A DNA stretch of 63,765 bases, the filler included, from Dugesia japonica (Eukaryota), in NCBI GenBank assembly GCA_001938525.1. It is 5 parts of 5 records of this genome, joined end to end, with 100 filler letters (N's around TTAATTAATTAA, not from the genome) between each part and the next. Parts side by side here need not be neighbours in the genome. Positions count along the whole stretch, not along the records: positions 1 to 9,015 come from MQRL01628109.1; positions 9,116 to 19,233 come from MQRL01595883.1; 3 more parts are not named here. The stretch is one strand, 5' to 3'. Position 1 is the stretch's first letter, and the number at the start of each line of letters is the position of its first letter. Positions 1 to 11,262 of the stretch are shown one piece after another. The notes beneath the pieces are model-generated. The model worked only from the letters and a program-made list of their open reading frames with translations. It had not been told where the DNA came from and did no database searches. A program made the translations under genes and the position numbers.

Positions 1-125
1 AATAACATTTTCATTAATAAAACATTTTTTCCACAACCTGATGATCCAATCATTAAAAGTCTAAAATTATTAGGTAGTACTTTATTGTTAAAATGTGTGA
101 TGTTATTATTCCAGATATAACTCAT
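1..125 (-). CDS. A32/FtsK-HerA-like DNA packaging ATPase, N-terminus (runs off window start)
   Basis: Manual translation from ATG at 125: MSYIWNNNITHFNNKVLPNNFRLLMIGSSGCGKNVLLMKML. Hydrophobic strand plus Walker A (GSSGCGK) near the N-terminus; not in the ORF track. Confidence 0.75.
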   Translation of the reverse strand, partial: MSYIWNNNITHFNNKVLPNNFRLLMIGSSGCGKNVLLMKML

Positions 126-393
126 CTTCACTATTTTCTATATCTAAAATTTCTTCTTCTTCTTCAGTGAGTGAATTAGGACCTTCAATATCATCTAAAT
201 TTAATTCTAATATTAATTCTATAAAATGTGAAAAATTATCAAATCGTTCTCGTAGTATTGATAATAATTTTTTTAGTTTGATATAACAATTTAAATCATT
301 ATGTTTACCTTTAACTATATAATCCCAATAATAAACTTTTTCTAAAATTTGTTTAGATGTTAAATCATCATGAATTATATCTTGAGCTATCAT
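106..393 (-). CDS. Small Polinton hypothetical protein with acidic C-terminus
   Basis: Part of ORF 106..450; first true ATG (MIAQDII) at 393. Its stop overlaps the ATPase start, as in compact viral gene arrays. Confidence 0.5.
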   Translation of the reverse strand: MIAQDIIHDDLTSKQILEKVYYWDYIVKGKHNDLNCYIKLKKLLSILRERFDNFSHFIELILELNLDDIEGPNSLTEEEEEILDIENSEDELYLE

Positions 394-574
394 TTTATTA
401 TATATTAGTATTAGGATAATAACTATATTCCGACATCGAGTCGATTTCAAATTTCACATCTAAAATCTCGAATGTTAGATTTCGAATTAATATGCCAGAT
501 ATCAAACTAAAATGTCAAATCTCAAACTAAAATATGATAATAAAATTACAAATATTCCAATAAAATCCTAAATA

Positions 575-850
575 ATCCCAAATCCCCCGAATCCCCAAAT
601 CCGAAATCCGAAATCCAAATCCAAAATCCGAAATCCCAAATACCAAATCCAAAATCCCAAAATAACCTCAAATGGCAAATGCCGAATTTAAATGCCAAAT
701 GCCAAATCCAAATGCCAAATGTCAAATCCCAAATGCCAAATCCAAATTCCAAATGCCAAATCCAAATGCCAAATCCAAAATCCTTAATATCCACAAAATG
801 CCATATGACAAAATAAAATGCCAAATCCAAATGTAAAATGACAAATGCAC
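575..850. repeat. Tandem array of AAATCC/AAATGCC 6-7-mers between divergent Polinton genes
   Basis: Dozens of CCAAAT-containing units directly visible; they generate the spurious W/F/G-rich ORF 546..830. Confidence 0.85.
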
Positions 851-3800
851 AAATCTCATATGAGAAAAAAATATAAATCTTAAAAAATAAAAAAAATAAT
901 CACATGATTAAATTGTATCTTTAGAAAATGGCAACAGCAGCACCCCAATGTTATCATTGTCATAAAGTGTTTAAAAGTAAAGCAGGGCTTGTAAACCATA
1001 TTGCATCAAGAATCTGTGCAACCCCATTAACAAGAATTAAATGTCCAAGAGTAAACTGTAATAGATGGTTTAATTCACAAGTGGGTTTACAAAACCATTT
1101 AAATGCAACAACATGTGGTAGTGCAGAAGTACATCCATTAGTATGTGCACCCTGTAATAAAATTTTTAAATATCAAGCTCATGCAAGAGAACATTTTAAT
1201 TCTAATAAACATAAACGGAAATTAAATTTAGATACATCAGTTGGAATAGTTATACCCCATTTTCAAGTTAGAAAGATCTTTAAAATGTATGAAAATTTTG
1301 AAATAAGATATTTTCTAGAAAGCAGAGTTGAAATGGTAAAAAAACTTAAAAACATAATTCAAGATATTAGTTTATTTAAAAATGAAACTGAAGAAATTAT
1401 TAGAAAGTATTTTAACTATGGTAAAAAAATAATTGTAACGATGGTGGCAAAATGTGAATATTCAAAAATGGTTAATGATGAATTAATTAAACTAGAAATT
1501 GATTCTTCTTCCACCTTTACTAAAATTACTATGGAAACTGAAATATCAGAAGCTGTAACTCAAATGTTTATTAAATTAGAAAATAAGATACAAGATGAAG
1601 AGAAAAAAGAATCAGGATGGACATTAGAAAAGATTATTCAATATAGAATTGACTTACGCAAATATCAATCATTAGCAGGAGCAACATATCAAAAGTTACC
1701 ATTTAAAAAACAAGGAGTAATAAATATAAAAAATGATGATAATAAATGTTTCGCATATTCAATATTAGCACATAAATATAAAGATTTTCCACAACCAACA
1801 AGAGTAAGTAATTACAAACAATATGTAAATGAATTAAATTTTGAAGGATTAACTTTTCCAATAAGTATTTGTGATGTTAAAAAATTTGAAGATTTAAATG
1901 ATTGGAAAGTAAATGTATTTNNNNNNNNNNNNNNNNNNNNNNNNNNNNNNNNNNNNNNNNNNNNNNATGATACAAAACCAGATTCAAATGAAAAGAAATG
2001 TAATTTATTAGTTTACAAAGAACATTATATTTTATGTAGAAATCTTAATGTATTTTTTACAACAAGTCAAAATCAAAATTATTTATGTGTCAGATGTTTA
2101 AACTGTTATTCAAGTGAAGAAGTTTTAAAGAAACATCAAGATCTTTGCATTCATCACAAACCTAATAACATTAAATTCCCTAAAGAAGATTATTATGAGT
2201 TTAATAAACATTATCAAAAAAATAAGGTTCCATTTTTCATGTGTGGAGATTTCGAAGCTTATACTAACACCGAAACTAATAAACAAAAAACTTTATCTTT
2301 AGGAATTTATGTTAAATCAGATTACCCACAGTTATTAGAAAGTAAGTACTATGAATTTTCAGGAGAAGATACTCATGAGCAAATGTTTAAGTTTTTAGAT
2401 GAAATTAATGAAAAAATAAATGATATTAAAGAAAATAAATTAGTAAAATATTACACAGGAACAAATCACCCAGACTTTAATGAAGAGATTAATTGCAAGT
2501 ATTGTGATAAAACTGTTATAGATCCAGTTAAAGATCATAACCATTTTACAGGAGAATTTAAGGGGTGGGTTTGTAGACAATGTAATATAAAAGATCTTTC
2601 AATTAAAAATTTATTTGTTCCATTTTATTTTCATAATTTATCTGGATATCTCATTTATTTTTCATTTTTATTTATCTCATTTATTTTTCAGAGAATTATT
2701 AACAGATTCCCCAGGAAAAGTAAAAAAAATAATTCCCCATAATTCAGAAAATTACATTTCATTCCATTATGAAAATATTAGATTTCTTGATTCCAATCGA
2801 TTAATTTCATTCACACCAGTTGAAAAAATGGGGGAATTATTAACCCAAGCAAATAATCATCCAATATTAACATCCCACAATTTACAATCTAAAAAAGCTA
2901 TATTCCCATATGAATATATAAAAGGGAAAGATATTAAAGAAGTTGTAGAATTATTAAAAAGTGGAAAGATCCCAGATAAAGAAATATTCTTTAATACATT
3001 AAAACAAAAAAATATAACATTTCCAGATTATATAAAATTTTTAAAAGAATATTTTAAATTTAAAAATATGTGGGAATACACACTTCATTACATGAAGCTT
3101 GATGTTTTAATTTTAGCAGATTTTATTGAAAACTTTAGAAACAAATGCATGACCGGCATCTTTAAATTGGATCCTTGTTATTCATATTCAATGCCCGGAT
3201 ATGCATGGGAATGTGGAAATTATTATTCAAAAGTAAAACTTAAATATGCGAAACCACAAACTTATGATACATTTCTAACAATTGAATCTGGAATCCGCGG
3301 AGGAGTATCAACTGAATTAAGTGAAAGACAAGTATTTTCTCACGAACAAGATTCTGATACTAAAAAAATAAATGATGCACAATATGAAGATCTCTTAAAA
3401 ATGTTTAAAGAAAATGAATTTCTTCCACCAGAATTTGTTAATGATTTTATGCAAGAAACTTTTATTAAATATATTGATGAAAATTCTTTATATGCCAGCT
3501 GTATGACGATGCCATTACCAACAGGTGAAATAATTGAAATAATTCCGGCAATGGAACCAACTGGCATATTAAGTTATGAAAAACCAACAGAAAATTATAA
3601 TTATATTTATGAAGTCGATCTTGAATATCCAGTTGAAATTCATGAAAAAACTAGATACTTTCCATTATGTCCTGAAAGATTAAATATCCAAGAAGAACAC
3701 TTAAGTAATTATCAAAAAAGTTTTAAAAGAAAATTAGGAAAAGAAAATATAAAATTATTATTAAATCAATTCGATAAAAAGAATTATGTGACACTAGGAT

Positions 3801-4083
3801 CAACATTAGATTTATATCTCGAAATTGGAATGAAAATAACAAAGATTCATAAAAAGTTTAAAATGAAAGTGAGTCCATGGTTTAAAGAATATGTTCATAA
3901 ATTAATTCAATTGAGAAGAGAAGCCAAAGCAAATCACGATGCATATTGAATGCTTATTATGGAAAAACCCTTGAAAATATTAGAAATCGATGTAACGTGG
4001 AAATAGTTGACAACGATAGAGATTATCAAAAGTTTGCATCGAAATTAACATTTAAATCTGATAAAATATTTACAAGAAATGAT

Positions 4084-4467
4084 GAAACAAATGAAGCTAC
4101 AGTTGCTGCGATGTACATGATGAAATCAAATTTATATTACAACAAATTTCCTTATATTGGATTCACTATTTTAGAACATGCAAAATTTATAATGTATGAT
4201 TTTGTATATAAACAATTAGATCCATTAGTTGGGCGAAATAATTACAAATTACTGTACACAGATAGTGTTACAGCTGAAACAAATGAAGCTACAGTTGCTG
4301 CGATGCACATGATGAAATCAAATTTATATTACAACAAATTTCCTTATATTGGATTCACTATTTTAGAACATGCAAAATTTATAATGTATGATTTTGTATA
4401 TAAACAATTAGATCCATTAGTTGGGCGAAATAATTACAAATTACTGTACACAGATAGTGTTACAGCT
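4084..4467 (+). repeat. 192-bp in-frame tandem duplication covering the N-extein and first 4 intein codons
   Basis: 4084-4275 and 4276-4467 are identical except one T/C (Tyr/His); TGA microhomology at the junction. Confidence 0.9.
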
Positions 4468-5043
4468 GACACACCAATATTACTATTAAAAGGGGATAAA
4501 GTAATAATAAAAAAGATTTCAGAAATATCAACAGATTTTAAATTATGTGGATATAATAACAAATATTATTCTAATACTAAAGATTATTTAATTTGGACCA
4601 AAAGTGATTGGGTTCCATTAAAGAAAGTAATTAAACATAAAACTTATAAAAAGATTTATAGAGTTAGAACACATTATGGAATTGTNNNNNNNNNNNNNNN
4701 NNNNNNNNNNNNNNATATTAATGGAAAAGAAATTAAACCAGCTAAAGTAAATAAAAAAACTAAATTATTACATAATGAGTTAATGGGTGAAAATTTAAAT
4801 TTTACAAATAGAACATTTCCAGATAAAATATCTTTAGCTAAAGCATTATATTCTCATATGGGAGGATTGGTTATTTCAGAAGATAAACCAAACGGTTTTG
4901 GTTTAAGAGAATTAAAAGAAGATGAAGAAATTTCATATAATGTGCAAAGTGTAAAATTTTTAAGAGAAGGATTAGAAGATGTTTATGACATTGAAACTGA
5001 AGATGGATCCTTTAATTGTGGATTCTCATTAATAATAAAAAAT
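4456..5043 (+). mobile_element. Intein (mini-intein, ~196 aa) at the Pol-c site of pPolB
   Basis: Starts SVTADTPILL (block A) directly after YTD. Has W..LKKVIKH and IYRVRTHYG leading into block B (in an N gap). Ends VYDIETEDGSFNCGFSLIIKN followed by Thr+1. Removal restores YTDTDSMF. Confidence 0.9.
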
Positions 5044-5558
5044 ACGGATTCCATGTTTTTAGAAGTAAAAGGAAATGAAAATCTAGAAAATTTAAAAAGT
5101 TTACTTGGAAATGAACTTTTCCAAATGAAAGATGAATTACCAAATGCAGAAATAATTCAAGGAAATTTTATAAGGCCCAAAAATTATGGTTATAATTATA
5201 CTATAGCAACCAGTACAGAAGTGAAATTTTCATCAAAAAATAAAGGAGTTCAAAGTTCAAATAAATTTTTAATGAAAGATTTTGATGAAGTTTTAAAAGA
5301 TTCAAAGAAAACATTTTATGGAACAAATTATTCATTAAAATCAGAATTGCATGAAATAGAATTAATACAACAAAGAAAAGTTGGATTAAATGCGTATAGT
5401 GATAAATTAATATTAGAAGATAATGGAATTCGTGGATGGCCACACGGAAATAAATATCAATGTGAAAAATGTAACATTTGGCATTCAAGATTAGATTTAA
5501 TAAATAAAAGATTAGTATGTTAGTTTGAAGTTTATCTTTTAATTTTTTTATATTAAAA

Positions 5559-6005
5559 ATGAGTGTAATAGAAAACCCGAGTGAAGAAGAGTTGGAAAAA
5601 ATTGTAAATAATAAAAAATGTAAATCTGTAAAAATTAATGGTAAAAATTATTATATCTCTAAAAAAGTAAAAGATGAACTTTTAAAACAAAAACAGCATG
5701 ATGGTGGTTTTGCATTCCTGGCCGCAATCCCAGCAATTATTGCTGCCCTAGCTGGAACTGCTGGAATTGCTTCAGGAATTGCAAGTACCGTTGCAAGTTC
5801 TAAAGATGCAATCTTAAAACAAAAACAAATTGATCAAGTTGGTCAAGGTTTATACCTTACACCCTATCAAGGAACCGCAATTCATAAATATTTTAAAAAT
5901 ATTATTGATGATGACTTTAAAAACTTAACTAGAAACTTTAAAGATGGAATCCAAATAATTAAACAGGGAGATGGTCTCTATTTACAACCTTACTATAACA
6001 AATAA
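5559..6005 (+). CDS. Adenovirus pX-like (membrane-active, protease-cleaved) Polinton virion protein
   Basis: GG/F site followed by hydrophobic FAFLAAIPAIIAALAGTAGIASGIA, as in the adenoviral pX precursor; repeated GxGLYLxPY motifs resemble further maturation sites. Confidence 0.7.
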   Translation: MSVIENPSEEELEKIVNNKKCKSVKINGKNYYISKKVKDELLKQKQHDGGFAFLAAIPAIIAALAGTAGIASGIASTVASSKDAILKQKQIDQVGQGLYLTPYQGTAIHKYFKNIIDDDFKNLTRNFKDGIQIIKQGDGLYLQPYYNK

Positions 6006-6041
6006 TTACTACAACAAATAATTAAATTACTACTTAAAGAA

Positions 6042-6756
6042 ATGAATACAAAAGAAGTCGAAGACCGAATTAAAGAATTAAAAGCATTAGTAAAAGCTCA
6101 AGAAAAATTTAATGATTTTTTCTGTGGTAATATTATTGAATCAAGAGAATTACAAAGTCAATTATCAGTATTACAACAACCTACAATTTCTGCAAATAAT
6201 AAAATTTCATTGAAATCTAATTTATTAGAAACTAGAGATTTAACAAAATTCTTCCTAAATGAAAAAGTAATACCATTTATTCCCCAATATTCAATTGAAA
6301 ATGTTAATTCAACTGGTAAATTAACTCAAACAATTATTCCATCATTTTCAAGATTAAATGTTACAGCAACTGATAAAATAAAANNNNNNNNNNNNNNNNN
6401 NNNNNNNNNNNNNNNNNNNNNNNNNNNNNNNNNNNNNNNNNNNNNNNNNNNNNNNNNNNNNNNNNNNNNNNNNNNNNNNNNNNNNNNNNNNNNNNNNNNN
6501 NNNNNNGAACAGAAACACCTGAAGATGTTGAGGTTTATTTAAATAAATTTATTACACCAGCTCCAACTAATAGTGATTATGTTAATATTTTAAAAAAGAA
6601 ATTTAAAAAAGTATTTCTTAAGGAAAAACCTAAAAGAAAAATATTCAAAGAAGTTTCTATAAAAACTGATAACCCATCAACAACAGAAGTATCAACCAAT
6701 GCAGAAGTATCAACAGAATTTGAATCAGAAACAGAACCACAACAACCACCACCACC

Positions 6757-6790
<34 letters not shown>

Positions 6791-7423
6791 TCAACATCAC
6801 AACTAGAAACAAAATCAGAAGAAATAAGTGAAGAAATTCTTAAACATTTAAATTCTAAAAATGCAAATTCATTTGATCCAGATTTAAAAATTAATTTAAA
6901 AATATTAAAATTAGCAACAATAACCCCTGTTAAAGATAAATATACAGCAAAACCTAGTGGTAAAAAATATCATTCACTAATATTTAAAAATCCAAAAGTG
7001 AGAATAATTTTCTTTAATTATAATGATAAAAGATGTTTTTCACGTAACAATGATACTCACATCTATTCAGAAGATTTTGGTAAAATAATAACAGGAAATT
7101 TTACTAAGGATAATGTAAATGATAAGAAAACTAAAGATTTAATTAATTTATATTTAAATGAAATAATAAAACCACCTGAGAATAGTGAATATTGTAATTA
7201 TTTAAAATCATTAGTAACACCAACAGTGGGTGATTCTCTTGGACCAATAAATTTATTTGAGAAATTAACATTATTAATTTCAGCCGTAAAATCGGGTCAT
7301 GATAATTTGGAAAATGATATTAAAAAAACTTGTAAAAATTTAAAAATTATGGGGTTAATTTCTAATAAAATTTATGATAAATATAAGGAGAAATATTTTA
7401 GTCGGACCCCGGAGGGGTCCTAA
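6042..7423 (+). CDS. Conserved Polinton hypothetical protein (one ORF split by an N gap) with Pro/Glu linker
   Basis: The frame of ORF 6998-7423 is open back to the gap end (~6509). C-terminus PINLFEKLTLLISAVKSGHDNLENDI..LKIMGLI matches a recurrent Polinton ORF tail. Confidence 0.6.
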
Positions 7424-7603
7424 CAAATGTTAAATCTAAATACTAAAATTATGCCCACATAGATTAAATCTAAGTGTGTCATTCCAAAACGATTAATCGT
7501 AATGGGTTGACACATTAAAATCTAAATACTAAGTATTAAAGGGCTTCGCCTCCTAAATAAGTATAATTTAAAATAAGTATAATTTAAATTAATTCTTTAG
7601 AAA

Positions 7604-8313
7604 ATGCAACATCTAAGAGCACTTAGTAGAAGTTTAAATCATTATATATCAACTTTAGAAATTTCATCAAAATTTGGTCTTGAGAAAGATTACTTTAAGT
7701 TAATATTAGAAAATACATTAAAAGTGAGAAAAGATGTAAATTTTATGTTAAAGAATGGATTTCTTGAACCCATAATTGAACCCATAATTGAACCCNTAAT
7801 TGAACCCGTAATTGAGCACCCCATAATTGAACCCGGCAAACATATTTGGTATCCAAAAAATGAAGCTCAAAATAATCTTCTTAAACATAAAAAAATAATT
7901 GCATCTACCCCAATAATTGAACCCATACTTGAACCTATACTTGAACCCATACTTGAACCTATACTTAAACCCATACTTGAACCTATACTTGAACCTATAC
8001 TTGAACCTATACTTGAACCTAAAGTTAAAAATAAAACAAAAATAAAAGAAGAGTTTTTAAAATCTTTTACTAAACCAAATCTAAATGAAACTGTAGATGG
8101 AAGAATAACTTTAAAAGATATTAATTTTGAAACATTTGATAAAAATCAATTAAAAAATTACATCTCCCAGTATGGAAATATATTAATAAAGTATAAAAAA
8201 ATTAGTTTATTAACTTATTCTAAATTAGGAAAATTATTTAAATTGTTAAAATTTAAATTTAATGACCCTTTAGATTTTGAAAAATTTATATTTGATGAAA
8301 AAATTTATTATTC
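7604..8313 (+). CDS. Polinton hypothetical protein with EPI(I/L) 12-bp repeats, truncated by an insertion
   Basis: ORF 7604-8410 has two GAACC(C/T)ATA(A/C)TT arrays; composition changes at TGTTGGG (8314). Confidence 0.5.
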
Positions 8314-9015
8314 TGTTGGGTTTTTAGGATTTTTAAGAATGGATTTTAATATCTTTCTCCTTCTGTCTGGTTGGTTCCATCGCTTAATAAATCTGAGTGA
8401 TCTCGTCTAGGGGCATACCTAAAAACTACAAGCATTTAGTCACCTCTGTGACATGCCCCTCTTTTCTCGGGTTCAGNNNNNNNNNNNNNNNNNNNNNNNN
8501 NNNNNNNNNNNNNNNNNNNNNNNNNNCGCTCAGTTTTTCATTGGCGAAATAATTTTAAATTGAGCAAACATTCAACCATAGTTTTCATAATAGTAATAAC
8601 GACAAGAAAAATTTGTAAATCCTTGACTATCTAAATGTAGTATAATTTTAAAATCACTGGAGTTATCCCTCATACTTCTTTCGATAATTAAAAAGTAATA
8701 ACACTTCAAATCAAACTTCTCTATTAAATTCAATTATATTGCATTATCCAGAAATTGCCAAATAAACCTATTTATTTAATATGATAAAAATTGAAGACCC
8801 ACTGCTTCAACACTGCCTCTGCAGCTTACCGGGACGTACATATCCCACTTTAACCGAATAGAATAAAACTTGAAACATCAAAACAACGACCCATCGTAAC
8901 ACATCAAACAATTTATTATATTATGCATCTCCCACGAGGCTGGTGCCGCTCAGGCCCAGCAAACTCCTCATAATGGCTTCTTCTTCCTGCTCTGCTTGTG
9001 CATCCGACTCATTGG
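8314..9015. mobile_element. Left end of a TGTTGGG-type LTR-like element inserted into the Polinton
   Basis: Begins TGTTGGG like the contig 3 elements, with weak downstream similarity (TGTGACAT). Confidence 0.35.
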
Positions 9016-9059
9016 NNNNNNNNNNNNNNNNNNNNNNNNNNNNNNNNNNNNNNNNNNNN

Positions 9060-9071
9060 TTAATTAATTAA
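9060..9071. other. Artificial contig-joining linker TTAATTAATTAA
   Basis: Six-frame stop palindrome flanked by 44 N on each side; the same spacer occurs four times. Confidence 0.95.
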
Positions 9072-11262
9072 NNNNNNNNNNNNNNNNNNNNNNNNNNNNN
9101 NNNNNNNNNNNNNNNATAAGTCCGTGTTAATAATATTTCTTTCACGTTTACTAAATTATCAGTTTTTTAATGGATGCGCCGCAAAAAAAAGATTGCCCGA
9201 CACTGTAGTAACAATAAGTAATACGGGAAAGTTATGTTAATTAGGTCAAATTCGGATACCCAATTGTTTTTTTAGTCATTCTCTGGTTATTATCAAAAAT
9301 AAATCGACAGAAACAAATAAATGAATTTAAATGATCTATTGAAAAGTCTAAAATTGGTATTTCAAATAGATGGCGAGGTTCAATATAAACTAAATTAAAT
9401 AAATATAAACTAAATTAAATAAATATAAATTAAATCAAATAAATATTAAATAATATATATATCTATATCTATATATTAACAGAAATTCCGAATAAAATAG
9501 CCAAATATATTCTGCAAAATAAATAATTATTAATTAATATAGGAAATTATCCTCAAATGTATTCAAATTAAACTGCCAATTATAAACTGTGATAATTCGA
9601 GAATTTATTTCAACTGGTTAACGTAAATTTAATCTAAAATGACTCATTTTTCAAATTTAATANNNNNNNNNNNNNNNNNNNNNNNNNNNNNNNNNNNNNN
9701 NNNNNNNNNNNNNNNNNNNNNNNNNNNNNCGTAAATCAATTTTATTAAATAATTTTGTTTCTCTACAAATTAATAAAAGAAATCCATTTGCAAAGATTAA
9801 TTAAAAAGAGAACATCCAAATTGAAAAAATAATCAACTATCATATGTACTTTACGTAAGTAATTTTATAAATTATTATCTTTATTTGCAATTTATTTATT
9901 TGAAATTCTATAAATAACTTTAATATCATTTTAGTTTGTGAAAAATTAGCCAAATTTTGTAGCGCTTTTTAAAATGTATTTTTCCTATCAAGAAGCAAGA
10001 AAAAGCAGCTGTTTTTTAATTTAAATAGTGCCTGGATGAAATACAGTTAATGATAGATAAATAAAAATAATTATAATTAAACGAATAAATCTCAACAGTA
10101 ATATTGAAAAAATTTCATTACAAAATTGTTGGTATTATTCAACATCACATTACATTTTCATTAACTGTGAAAATAACCCCTAGGAAATTCTAAGCAATAA
10201 TTTTTTTTTACAGTATACTAATTATTTGAAATCGACATTACTTATAAATATTAAAAATTAATTAAATTTAATAATCTTCAACAATTAATTATTTTTAAAA
10301 TACTGCTTACTCAAAGTTGAAAATTTGTATATTAAAAAAANNNNNNNNNNNNNNNNNNNNNNNNNNNNNNNNNNNNNNNNNNNNAAATTGATAGCGAGAA
10401 ATCAATAGCGGCTAAATTTTCACAAACTAATTTCTGGACATCTTTCATCTGATACAACAGAATTAAATATCAAATTTTAATTAAATATTCCAATGATATA
10501 GACACCAAAATTAACAATAAATTGAAAATTAATACCATAAGTTAAGTCAAAAAATTTGGTAATAAGATTTAAAGGAAAAATATTTTTCCGAAAAAAATTA
10601 TTTAATTGGCTATACTTAATTATTATTACTTGAGAAATTCCGAATCCCGATAATTAAGTTACGCGTCAAATTAGCTCAGTTAAATATCACCGAAATTTAT
10701 TTATACCATGGATTAAAAGAAATAATAAACTAACACGATATGAGCAATAGGCATTGAAGTCTGCGTTTTGATATCACAGGATTCGACCAGAACGGACCAC
10801 AACCACTGGTAAAATACTTGAATGAAAAATATTTTATGAATTGACAAAATCCTGATTTATTTAAATTAAACATTTGAGCAGAAACGATTTATTTTATTTA
10901 TGTTCTTATTTTGGCATTGATAAGCATTGACAAATTGGATCAAATGTTGATTGACAAATAGAAATTGATCTATCCCAGTAAATAGTAAACCAATGAAGAA
11001 GCCAATAGAAAAATCCAATCAGCAATCACTGGTAATAAGGTGTGAATAATTATGAGTAATATGCCAATGGCACAGATTTAGGAAATTAGATCAAATTAAT
11101 CATTCACCAAAACCGCTTATATTAGATTACAGATTATTTTGTCTCTTTAAATTAAAGATTCACATGATATTTTAAAATTATTATTTGAAAACAAATTTTC
11201 CGAAAAAGAAAAAACAGAACAAATTTTTAAAATACTTTTATTATATAAACAACAAGTAAAAA

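Larger units (their letters stand above)
928..5523 (+). pseudogene. polB: Protein-primed family B DNA polymerase (pPolB) with N-terminal Zn fingers, endonuclease VII insert and intein; frameshifted
   Basis: Three ORFs (928-2742, 2615-3949, 3946-5523) carry collinear motifs: Zn fingers, ExoI GDFE, EndoVII CKYC..DHNHFTGEFKGWVCRQCN, ExoII FHNLSGY, ExoIII YMKLDV, motif A YIDENSLY, motif B NAYYGKT, motif C YTD|TDS, and KNY. Frameshifts at ~2650 and ~3946. Confidence 0.9.
1..8313. mobile_element. Endogenous Polinton/Maverick (adintovirus-like) element, internal fragment; termini not in contig
   Basis: Compact intronless cluster of packaging ATPase, protein-primed PolB, pX-like protein and a conserved Polinton ORF. 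Confidence 0.9.

Noticed and set aside
546-830. W/F/G-rich 94-aa ORF
   Set aside because: Translation of the AAATCC tandem array.
2617-2691. Spliceosomal intron repairing the pPolB frameshift (TTTTCAG acceptor)
   Set aside because: No usable donor; the sequence is explained by an 18-bp duplication, and SHLFFRELL is the expected coding sequence.
9016-9115. TTAATTAATTAA palindromes inside N runs (four sites) as a biological motif
   Set aside because: Identical 100-bp spacer with six-frame stops; an artificial contig joiner.
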